From an uncultured Planctomycetales bacterium (GTDB lineage Bacteria > Omnitrophota > Gorgyraeia > Zapsychrales > CAYRXT01): a stretch of 64,000 bases of DNA. The stretch is taken from positions 18,944 to 82,943 of the forward strand of contig CAYRXT010000001.1 in NCBI GenBank assembly GCA_964428315.1, in the 5' to 3' direction. The position numbers and the translations under genes are program-made. A model generated the notes under the pieces. That model did not search any database, was not told where the DNA came from, and saw nothing but the letters and a program-made list of their open reading frames with translations. This document shows positions 1 to 7,506 of the stretch, in pieces. The first letter of the stretch is position 1; each line of letters starts with the position of its first letter.

Positions 1-154
1 GCGGAGGCGTTCAAAAACGGATTTTCGCGTTCAAACGCGCGAAAATCTCATTTCGGGTGTTGACGCCCCAAGGGCCGGTGTTATACTAAATGGTGCCAAA
101 TTGTCCAAAATAAAAAATTGATGTCCATTCTTACATTTTTAAAAAGGAAATCTT

Positions 155-2020
155 ATGGGGGTTATTTATAAATTAACGGACGATGTGCTTCGATTTATAA
201 TCGACCGGAAGAAGGCTGACCCGAACCTCAGCTGCCGCAAACTCGCGGACATTGTCAGGCAAGCCTTTAATATCCATGTTTCAAAGTCTTCGGTGAATGC
301 CGTGCTCAAGGAGACCGGGCTCAGCAGTCCGGTCGGCCGGCACGCCGGAGAGAAAGGGCCCGGAAAGGAGCGCTCCCCCGCGGGACGGAAGGACAGGTCT
401 GGAGAGGGCCGGCGAGCGATCAAGAAAAAGCCCGCGGCAGACCCGGGGTCTGATGAGCTTCCGATGTCTCGCGGATATGCCGTTAGCTCTCGACCGGAAG
501 GGCGAACAGTCGGTGGAGGTAAAGGATCAAGGTTTGATGTCCAGAGTGGACAAAAAAGCATTGTAAATAATGTCCAAAATAGCAAAGAGGCCCTTGCTCT
601 TTCCCCCGAAGGGGCGCCGCCGCGGGATATGAACAGCGAAGAGGCGATCACGCTGAAAACCACTGAGGATCTCGGCGTGTTGCGCGACGCCATGGGCATG
701 TTTTTTTTGAAGGCGGCCCAGTGGGAGCTCATGGGAGACAACGTCCTTTTCCGTTTGTTTAAAGAAAGCCTTCCGGATGTCCGGGACGCGACGGCCCGGG
801 CCGCGGCGGATTTGCTGGTTTACGGCCCGGCGTTGGACATAGACCGCCCTGACAAGATCGTCCTGGCGCGGGAAGCTTTTTCCTGGGTCGAACGCGGTCC
901 GGAGTCCTGGCCGCAGGACAACGACATCAGGGCGTTGCTTTCGCGGATAGAGGATAACGAAGCCATCTGTTTTCATTTTACGAATGAAATCCCCGCGGCC
1001 TTTGCTGAGGCGTCCTGCCTGTGTCTGCATTTGGCCGACGGGTCGCGCCTGTGTTCAGACGGACAAAACGGGGGTATCGCCCGGGAGGCCAAAGAGATTC
1101 AGGGTCCGTCTTCTCCGCTCAATCAGCTGCTGGGGCTCTGTGTCCGACAGGTCATGGTCAATGACGTCCCGTTTTTTGTGCGCAGGCTCCGGGCCGGAAA
1201 ATATTTCGCGCCGTCATTTTTTAATCTGGTCTGGTCCTTTTGCGGATCGCCGCATAAACAGATACAGAGGATCAGCGTCCTGGATCCCGGCGGGCGCGAA
1301 GAGGTGTCTTTCTCGTCGATACCGCATAAGACACGCCGTTTTATCGGCTGTCTCCACGAGGACCAGCCTGTTTTTCAGGATTTTGTCTCGAAAAGACGGC
1401 GCGGCCCGAAGGCGCTGAATTTCCCCTGGACGTCGGAGAAAATCTTTTATGAGGAGATCCCCGCGGAGGTCAACATCCGCCATGAAGAACGAAGCGCGTC
1501 CCTGCGCGCCGTCCTTCTCCTGAAAGAAGACCGCCCGCGGATGGTCCTGCTGACAAACGCCTCCCGCGAGGCCTTGAGCGCCGAATCCCTTGTGCGCGCT
1601 CTTTTAAACCGTTGGCCTGATATGTTGTCGCAGGAAGAGGAAGTTGGCGGAAAAGGCACAGGGCTCCCCTTGACCGACAGCCTGAAATCTCCGGAGGGCA
1701 AAGAGGTGGACATCCAGGCGTTGCCCCCCGATCCCTGGGAATACGGCAGGCTGGTTTTAGCCGGCCTGAACGCCTGTTGTCAGAAATACTATTTTTCACG
1801 GACGGTCAGCCAGTGGCCGTTTTCCGCGCTCAACGAAAAAGTTTACAGGCTTCCCGGCTTCTTAAAGATTAACGGAGAGGTCCTCGAGGTTTCTTTAAAG
1901 GCCGGGAATCTTGAGATGGAAGAAGTCCGGGAGATTAAGCGGGCTGCCCGGGCTGTGACCAATCGCTGCGTTGTCAGTCCCCGGAGCAAAAGGCTGATTC
2001 TGGATGTTGTGGACGAATAA
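155..2020 (+). CDS. hypothetical protein with N-terminal helix-turn-helix-like segment (possible DNA-binding regulator; transposase-derived HTH not excluded)
   Basis: 621-aa ORF from the track. N-terminus 'LTDDVLRFIIDRKKADPNLSCRKLADIVRQAFNIHVSKSSVNAVLKETG' has an HTH-like pattern. A low-complexity Pro/Gly/Arg linker follows, then a ~400-aa C-terminal region with no motif I recognise. No Walker A, so it is not the missing TadA/TadZ. Confidence 0.55.
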   Translation: MGVIYKLTDDVLRFIIDRKKADPNLSCRKLADIVRQAFNIHVSKSSVNAVLKETGLSSPVGRHAGEKGPGKERSPAGRKDRSGEGRRAIKKKPAADPGSDELPMSRGYAVSSRPEGRTVGGGKGSRFDVQSGQKSIVNNVQNSKEALALSPEGAPPRDMNSEEAITLKTTEDLGVLRDAMGMFFLKAAQWELMGDNVLFRLFKESLPDVRDATARAAADLLVYGPALDIDRPDKIVLAREAFSWVERGPESWPQDNDIRALLSRIEDNEAICFHFTNEIPAAFAEASCLCLHLADGSRLCSDGQNGGIAREAKEIQGPSSPLNQLLGLCVRQVMVNDVPFFVRRLRAGKYFAPSFFNLVWSFCGSPHKQIQRISVLDPGGREEVSFSSIPHKTRRFIGCLHEDQPVFQDFVSKRRRGPKALNFPWTSEKIFYEEIPAEVNIRHEERSASLRAVLLLKEDRPRMVLLTNASREALSAESLVRALLNRWPDMLSQEEEVGGKGTGLPLTDSLKSPEGKEVDIQALPPDPWEYGRLVLAGLNACCQKYYFSRTVSQWPFSALNEKVYRLPGFLKINGEVLEVSLKAGNLEMEEVREIKRAARAVTNRCVVSPRSKRLILDVVDE

Positions 2021-2466
2021 TAGCTCCTCTAATGGCTTTAATGTCCAATCATAACAACATTATTGTCCATTCTAATTTACCAATCCCCCCTCCTTGTGTC
2101 CGGTCTTTTTCTAAAGGCTGATTGATGTCATTGCGTCCTTTTTGGGAAAGCCGCTTTTAATGATCAGACGGCTCGATTTTGAGGCTGTTTTGCCTTGTGT
2201 TCGAAAATCCGCATTTTTGCCTTCCAGGTGAATACCGTGCTGCCGGCAGGAGGCCTGCGGAGGTGTGGATGAATCGGGTGAGGCGGGAGTCACGCCGCAT
2301 AATTTCACCGCAAGAATGTCTAATTAGAACGACGAATTACGCTTTTGGCAAATGAATCAATAGAGGCTTGTTTATTAAGAAAAAATGAGCAGAAATTTGT
2401 TGTAAAAATATTTTTTAAGATTTAAAAAATGCGGGTTAACATCAATAATTATATAGGCTTATTTAC

Positions 2467-2495
2467 TTGACGGTTCACATAGTGTGTGCTATATT
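2467..2495 (+). promoter_or_regulatory. candidate sigma70-type promoter for the pilin-operon leader (TTGACG-N17-TATATT)
   Basis: -35 TTGACG at 2467-2472, a 17-nt spacer, -10 TATATT at 2490-2495. It sits in an AT-rich intergenic region upstream of the first pilin gene. Confidence 0.4.
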
Positions 2496-2632
2496 AGTAG
2501 CGCTTCACATGTTTAGTAATTTAAACGAATGAATTGTTTCTTAGCCACGGAGAAGCAATGAAATATAGATTTAAACGGTTATGGGATTTTGTCGAAAATT
2601 TCTTTCTGTCATCAGGGATGCAAGCGCGTAAG

Positions 2633-2669
2633 CTCCAGATTTTCGGGTCTGGAGGTTTTTTGTTTTTTG
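2633..2669 (+). terminator. intrinsic-terminator-like hairpin inside the pilin-operon leader (possible attenuator)
   Basis: Stem CTCCAGA (2633-2639), 8-nt loop, stem TCTGGAG (2648-2654), then GTTTTTTGTTTTTTG (2655-2669). It lies ~140 nt downstream of the predicted TSS and ~230 nt upstream of the first pilin ATG at 2901. Confidence 0.4.
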
Positions 2670-2900
2670 TGAATCAGGATATTACACCGGAAGGTGTTTT
2701 AATCCCGGTCCGCGGGTTTGACTTTACCGGGCCGGGGATCAGCCCTTTTTCTATAGGGGCGGGTCATAGACATCCCCGTCCAGGAATTCAGGCTCCGGAA
2801 GGGTTGCCCTGTTTTAGCGCCGTGCGGTCTCAACGGCAGTATTGAGGGCAGGGGAGCATGCGGGGGATCTATTTTCTTCGATGCACGCGGGAGGAAACGG

Positions 2901-3062
2901 ATGCGGTTCATCAAACGGTTGGGACGAAGAGGACAAAACATAGTGGAATACACCGTGATCGTTTCCCTGGTTTCTGCGGCGATAACAGCGATGAGTACCT
3001 ACGTGTATCGTTCGGTTCAGGCAGCCCAAAAGAAAATAGAGGCTGAATTCCGGTCGCATTAG
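2901..3062 (+). CDS. flp: Flp/Fap-family type IVc prepilin (53 aa; below the ORF-track size cutoff)
   Basis: Manual translation gives MRFIKRLGRRGQNIVEYTVIVSLVSAAITAMSTYVYRSVQAAQKKIEAEFRSH. It has the G-XXXX-EY class-III signal motif (RRG|QNIV|EY) followed by a hydrophobic helix. Shine-Dalgarno GGGAGGA at 2888-2894. Confidence 0.7.
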   Translation: MRFIKRLGRRGQNIVEYTVIVSLVSAAITAMSTYVYRSVQAAQKKIEAEFRSH

Positions 3063-3120
3063 TCCTTAGGCCTTCCTTTGAATGTAAGGGAGGGATAAAA
3101 GTCTAAAGGAGGGAAAGTCA

Positions 3121-3324
3121 ATGTTTAAACGATTAAGATCAAAAAAAGCGCAGAGCACCTTGGAATACATCATTCTTGTCGCGGTGATCATCCTGGTCCT
3201 CACGATCTTTCTGCCGGGGATTTTCCAGACCCACTTGACGCAGACGTACACCTACGGGACCAACGGGATGCTCGATATGGCCAACCGCCTGAGAAACTCC
3301 CGGCCCGCGTCAAACGCGCAATAA
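3121..3324 (+). CDS. flp: Flp-family prepilin paralog
   Basis: MFKRLRSKKA|QSTL|EYIILVAVIILVLTIF. The Flp motif has Ala at the cleavage position. AAGGAGG RBS at 3102-3108. Confidence 0.8.
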   Translation: MFKRLRSKKAQSTLEYIILVAVIILVLTIFLPGIFQTHLTQTYTYGTNGMLDMANRLRNSRPASNAQ

Positions 3325-3374
3325 TGAAGCAGATAACTTGTCTATGAGAAGGTTTAATCAGGAGGTGAATATCA

Positions 3375-3752
3375 ATGTTTAAAAAGATAAGAAAAAACAA
3401 AAAGGCGCAGTCCACGGCCGAATACGCGATCATGCTCGGTTTGGTCATCGCGGCGGTCGTGGCCATGCAGGTCTATATCCAGCGCGCCATCAAGGGTAAG
3501 CTGTTCGACGCAACGCAGTTTCTGACAACAGCGGGCGCCAACTTCCTCAGGGACGACGGCAAGGCGACCAGCCAGTACGAGCCGGATTATCTGTCCAGCG
3601 ATTACACCTCGACCAGGGACTCGCGTTTGGAGATATCCCAGGAGGTGAGGGATACTGAGATCGGCGGTGTCGGGCAGACAGGCAGTACCAATTCCACGAG
3701 GACAGGACAGCAGATCACGACCTACAACGGTGCTGATGAGATCGATATCTAA
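3375..3752 (+). CDS. flp: Flp-family prepilin paralog with long Ser/Thr-rich C-terminal extension
   Basis: MFKKIRKNKKA|QSTA|EYAIMLGLVIAAVVAM. AGGAGG RBS. The 125-aa length is unusually long for Flp. The C-terminal part contains 'YTSTRDSR'. Confidence 0.8.
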   Translation: MFKKIRKNKKAQSTAEYAIMLGLVIAAVVAMQVYIQRAIKGKLFDATQFLTTAGANFLRDDGKATSQYEPDYLSSDYTSTRDSRLEISQEVRDTEIGGVGQTGSTNSTRTGQQITTYNGADEIDI

Positions 3753-3825
3753 CGCCGGCTTTGTCCTTGACGGCAGTACGCAACCGTTTACCTGTTGAAG
3801 CATAATTGAGGAGGTGTAAAGAGAC

Positions 3826-4158
3826 ATGTTTAAAACACTCAATAAAAAACGCAAAAGAAAAGGGCAGAGTACCCTTGAGTTCACGGTGCTGATCATCATC
3901 ATCATCGGCGCCTTATTGTCCATCCAAGTGTACATCAAACGCGCGGTCCAGGGGAGCCTGAAGTCGGCCGCGGACGACGTCTCGGATGAACAGTACTCTC
4001 CGGGAAACACCAACTACTCCAAGGTCATCAGTTCGAGCTCCACCTCGAGACAGCAGAATGAGTTTGGCGAATTGACCTCGCAGATCATCGGGAACGAGCA
4101 GACCAACGAGACCATCAACACGCAGATCCACAACACGCAATACGAATACTGGGGTTAA
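3826..4158 (+). CDS. flp: Flp-family prepilin paralog
   Basis: MFKTLNKKRKRKG|QSTL|EFTVLIIIIIGALL. GAGGAGG RBS. Followed by a terminator hairpin. Confidence 0.8.
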   Translation: MFKTLNKKRKRKGQSTLEFTVLIIIIIGALLSIQVYIKRAVQGSLKSAADDVSDEQYSPGNTNYSKVISSSSTSRQQNEFGELTSQIIGNEQTNETINTQIHNTQYEYWG

Positions 4159-4192
4159 TCCTGCGTGAAAACAGACGGGCTTACCCGGAGAG

Positions 4193-4219
4193 AGGCTTTC
4201 CGGGCAAGCCTGTTTTTTT
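4193..4219 (+). terminator. rho-independent terminator after the 4th pilin gene
   Basis: AGGCTT (4193-4198), loop tccgggc, AAGCCT (4206-4211), G, then TTTTTTT (4213-4219). Confidence 0.5.
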
Positions 4220-4322
4220 GGGCAGAAAGGTGGAAAAAAGGGCGGCGCCGCAAAAATATGAACCAGGTATGGACGGCCGGCCCTTTTTGCGACATAACAG
4301 TATAAGGTTGGGTTTGAGCGTT

Positions 4323-4739
4323 ATGAAAAGACGTCTTCTCTTATATACGCGACGCCTGCGGCAGGGGCAGGTGGCCACGGAATACGTTATTGTCCTGGGG
4401 GTGGCGCTCGCCGCGGTGAGCGCCATGGCGGTCCTGGGCAAACGGGCCATCCAGGGCAAGCTGTTCGATGCCAGGATGCACATGACCGACAGCGTCCGGG
4501 GGGCGGTCCAGACCCTGAACGACAGGGGGTACATGGCGGAGGGCACGGTCCTGTATTCGGGATACGAACCTTATTACACCCTCACCAATTCGGTCGTGGC
4601 CTCGAACTCGGTTGACACGTACCGCCTGACGGTGGATCCCGATACCGGTCCGACGGCCGTAAAGGAAACAGACGCCTCATCCCGGATCGAGACGACGAGC
4701 GTCCAGCTTCCGCCGGGAGAGGGCGAGGAGACGCCGTGA
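4323..4739 (+). CDS. flp: Flp-family prepilin paralog (track ORF starts at 4218; an in-frame ATG at 4323 gives a typical prepilin leader)
   Basis: MKRRLLLYTRRLRQG|QVAT|EYVIVLGVALAAVSAMAV. The 4218 start would overlap the upstream terminator U-tract, so I prefer 4323. Confidence 0.65.
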   Translation: MKRRLLLYTRRLRQGQVATEYVIVLGVALAAVSAMAVLGKRAIQGKLFDARMHMTDSVRGAVQTLNDRGYMAEGTVLYSGYEPYYTLTNSVVASNSVDTYRLTVDPDTGPTAVKETDASSRIETTSVQLPPGEGEETP

Positions 4740-4761
4740 GATTTCTAGACGGAGACAAACC

Positions 4762-5112
4762 ATGATGTTAGGCGCAAAAAGGGACAAAGGCCAGTCGCTA
4801 CTCGAGCACATCATGCTGGCCTCGATCGTCATCGGGGCCCTGGTCGTCATGTCGGTCTTTATCCGCCGGGGGATCCAGGCGGCGGTGAAGGTGGCGGCCG
4901 ACCAGATCGGGCGCCAGAACGAGGCGGAATTCCGGGAGGACGCGACGAGCGGCTACCTGGTCAATTCCTATACCAGTACGCGTTCGCGAAGCACCAAGAC
5001 CACCCTGCAGAGGCCTTCCGCGGCGGACTCCCTGGGGTATTTGTACGATGACCGCGTGAGGCAGGAGACTCGGACGCTCAGCAACCTGGGGTTCCGTAAT
5101 ACCGTCGATTAG
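4762..5112 (+). CDS. flp: Flp-family prepilin paralog (EH variant of the EY motif)
   Basis: MMLGAKRDKG|QSLL|EHIMLASIVIGALVVMSV. C-terminal 'YTSTRSRSTK' is shared with the paralog at 3375. Confidence 0.75.
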   Translation: MMLGAKRDKGQSLLEHIMLASIVIGALVVMSVFIRRGIQAAVKVAADQIGRQNEAEFREDATSGYLVNSYTSTRSRSTKTTLQRPSAADSLGYLYDDRVRQETRTLSNLGFRNTVD

Positions 5113-5140
5113 CCCTCCGGGGCGCCAGCTGGGAGAGGAT

Positions 5141-5473
5141 ATGTTTAAGAACATCCGTTCGTTCAACAGTACGCGCAAAGGCCAGACAACGGTGGAATAC
5201 GCCTTTATTTTTGTCATCGTCATCGGGGCCCTGATCGCCATGACCCTCTATATCAAACGGGGCATCCAGGGCCGGTGGCGGGAGGCGGTGGACAGCCTCG
5301 GCGACCAGTACGACCCGACCAACATGGACACCCAGATCACGCATACGCTTGATACGAACATCGAGTCCGTGGTATGGACCGAAGAAAACGCTTACGGCCT
5401 GACGACCATGCGCAACGACGTCGTCGAATCCCTGGACACGAGGACGGGCGACTCCACCGTGAGAGGGTATTAA
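5141..5473 (+). CDS. flp: Flp-family prepilin paralog
   Basis: MFKNIRSFNSTRKG|QTTV|EYAFIFVIVIGALIAM. Confidence 0.8.
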   Translation: MFKNIRSFNSTRKGQTTVEYAFIFVIVIGALIAMTLYIKRGIQGRWREAVDSLGDQYDPTNMDTQITHTLDTNIESVVWTEENAYGLTTMRNDVVESLDTRTGDSTVRGY

Positions 5474-5492
5474 GGATCGGGGGAACCTGGCA

Positions 5493-7133
5493 ATGGAAGG
5501 CGCAAGAGGAGAGAAGAAAAAGGCTCCGGCCATTAACCGCATGCCGACCCGCGCCCAGACCGTGTCGGAGCTGGCGGTCTTCGGGGCCATCCTGATCTTT
5601 GTCATAGGGGCGATGATCCGCTACGCGGTCAACTTTAATTACAACCAGAACCAGCAGCTTGCCGCCATGCGCATGGCTCTAAAGCTTTCTTATCAGGCGG
5701 GAGTCGCAGACAACACCGCCCGGAAATCCGCCACGGTGATTTACATCGAAGACCGGCAGGATGTTTCGCCCGGAAAATACGCTTCGCAGAACCGCACGCC
5801 CTACATCGTGACGGGATCGGGCGCCTTCACCAACGACCTTATGCTCCCGACAGACTGGATGAAGGACAGCGTGCCCATGATGGATATTTTTGTGAACGGC
5901 GAACCTTTTACGTTTTCGACGGCCAGGTACAAGGTCGTGACGGTTGCGCGCGTGACAAATACCGAAAACAATTACGGCTATGATTGTTCTCCGGGCCGGA
6001 GGGACGACGAAGTGCATCCGTGCACGCCGGCGTTTCCGGACGAATGCCCTGATGGCATTGATTACAGGAGGGTCTGGTCCACGGAGAACAACTGGACAGT
6101 TCAGCCGGCGCCCTGTTTTGCCTCCGGGGGCTCCGGCTGCGGCGTGTTCCTTGCGCGGCTCGCCAATCTGCCTTTGTCCCGCGACAAACGGTTTTGTCTG
6201 GTGAGGGAAAGGTGTCCGGTCCATTTTCCGTGGGACATGCCCCTCCAGGACCGTTTCAACCTTGATCTGAGCAGTACGTTTTACACAGGCGGGCGGGGTC
6301 AGAAATGCACGGGTAATACGGGTAATCCTGATTATTGCGACGTCATAGGGTCGGATCTGGCCATGACGGCCTTTCCCTGGCAGTGGGACTATGTGAAGGG
6401 CACGACCTCGGTCGTCAATTTCGGCGAAGGGGGCGTGACCGGCCTGGACGTCGATCTCGACGGCAAGGAAGAGCAGGTGATGGGGTATACCGATCACCTT
6501 GACCGCACTGTTTGGGCAGACGGCAGCTCTTCTTCTCCGGACGAAGAGGAATGTCCTTTGTCGAGCACAGACGCGATCATAGTCAAATTTTACGTCATGG
6601 ATTCCCAGGACGGAGACTGGGACGGAACATTCGGTGATTGGGACAAAAGGTTCCATCCGGATAGGGTGGCACCGGGACTGGCCTCGGAGCAGGCCATGGT
6701 TACCCAGACCAACGTTGAAGGCCGGCGGGGGACATTCCTTCGGATTACCGAGGCAAACAGGCAGTCCCGTTCCGAGCAAAAGAGCGACCGTCTGGACATC
6801 ATAGAGAGGAAGATCCAGCTGAGCAACGATACCGGCCGGCTGTGCCGGAAGAATTACGGTCCCGACGTTGTTTGTTGCTGTGATCCCGCGCAGGATCCTT
6901 TTTGTCCGCCTGACCCGGGGGCAAGCGTGACCATCCCGGTCGGAGGGCGCAGGCGCGCCGTCTACTGGAACTGCGGACCGGAGGCGTGCCTTTCGCAGGG
7001 CGCCGGGGCCCCGATTCCGGATTTGATTTACCGGCATTGCTTCGACCAGAAGACCAAGGTTTTGCACATCCGCAGCCGGATAGGCGAGAGGCGCGGCACA
7101 CGGTGGATCACGGACACCAGCCCGCGGAATTAA
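5493..7133 (+). CDS. TadE/TadF-like pseudopilin with a large Cys-rich (~18 Cys) C-terminal domain; putative minor pilin or tip adhesin
   Basis: N-terminal class-III signal-like 'RA|QTVS|ELAVFGAILIFVIGAM'. The 546-aa size is far larger than canonical TadE/F. Cys clusters include 'VVCCCDPAQDPFCPPDPG'. GGGGGA RBS. Confidence 0.6.
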   Translation: MEGARGEKKKAPAINRMPTRAQTVSELAVFGAILIFVIGAMIRYAVNFNYNQNQQLAAMRMALKLSYQAGVADNTARKSATVIYIEDRQDVSPGKYASQNRTPYIVTGSGAFTNDLMLPTDWMKDSVPMMDIFVNGEPFTFSTARYKVVTVARVTNTENNYGYDCSPGRRDDEVHPCTPAFPDECPDGIDYRRVWSTENNWTVQPAPCFASGGSGCGVFLARLANLPLSRDKRFCLVRERCPVHFPWDMPLQDRFNLDLSSTFYTGGRGQKCTGNTGNPDYCDVIGSDLAMTAFPWQWDYVKGTTSVVNFGEGGVTGLDVDLDGKEEQVMGYTDHLDRTVWADGSSSSPDEEECPLSSTDAIIVKFYVMDSQDGDWDGTFGDWDKRFHPDRVAPGLASEQAMVTQTNVEGRRGTFLRITEANRQSRSEQKSDRLDIIERKIQLSNDTGRLCRKNYGPDVVCCCDPAQDPFCPPDPGASVTIPVGGRRRAVYWNCGPEACLSQGAGAPIPDLIYRHCFDQKTKVLHIRSRIGERRGTRWITDTSPRN

Positions 7134-7197
7134 AGCGGCCTCGCAATGACAGCAGTTTGGACAGCATTGATTTGGCAGTAATTATGAGGCAGGTCTT

Positions 7198-7503
7198 ATG
7201 AAAAGAAAAGTTTATGGTAACCACCGCGGTCATCCCAAGGGCCAGGTCCTGCTCGAGTTTGCCTTCTGTATGATCGCCCTGATGGTTCTTGTCTACGGCA
7301 CGGTCATGGCCTTCCGCTGGTGCGGCATGAGCCTGGTGGGCCGTTCGTCCGCCCACTGGTCTGTGTTAACGAGGGAAGTCAGAGACGATTTTGAAAATAA
7401 TGATCCTGTAAGGCCTGACACCCAAGTTTCGATAAGCTTTGAACGGCCGGCCAGGGACGGTTTCGACTTTGTCATGCCCAACGACGTCATCTATGGAGAA
7501 TAG
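7198..7503 (+). CDS. tadE: TadE-like pseudopilin
   Basis: 'KG|QVLL|EFAFCMIALMVLVYG' matches the TadE/TadG N-terminal motif. 101 aa. Confidence 0.6.
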   Translation: MKRKVYGNHRGHPKGQVLLEFAFCMIALMVLVYGTVMAFRWCGMSLVGRSSAHWSVLTREVRDDFENNDPVRPDTQVSISFERPARDGFDFVMPNDVIYGE

Positions 7504-7506
7504 GCC

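Noticed and set aside
101-2073. The TGTCCAAT repeats flanking ORF 155-2020 as terminal inverted repeats of an IS element, with ORF1 as transposase
   Set aside because: The flanking copies are in direct, not inverted, orientation. No DDE motif or target-site duplication is visible, and the same motif recurs 11 kb away at 13087-13120. A regulatory-site interpretation is more consistent.
2534-2845. 103-aa ORF in the pilin leader as a real protein-coding gene
   Set aside because: It overlaps the predicted terminator hairpin and has no recognisable motif. I treat it as a possible leader peptide or non-coding and mention it only under the leader finding.
4218-4322. Track-annotated start of the fifth pilin ORF at 4218
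   Set aside because: That start overlaps the U-tract of the upstream terminator and would add an atypical 35-aa extension before the prepilin leader. The in-frame ATG at 4323 gives a canonical leader.
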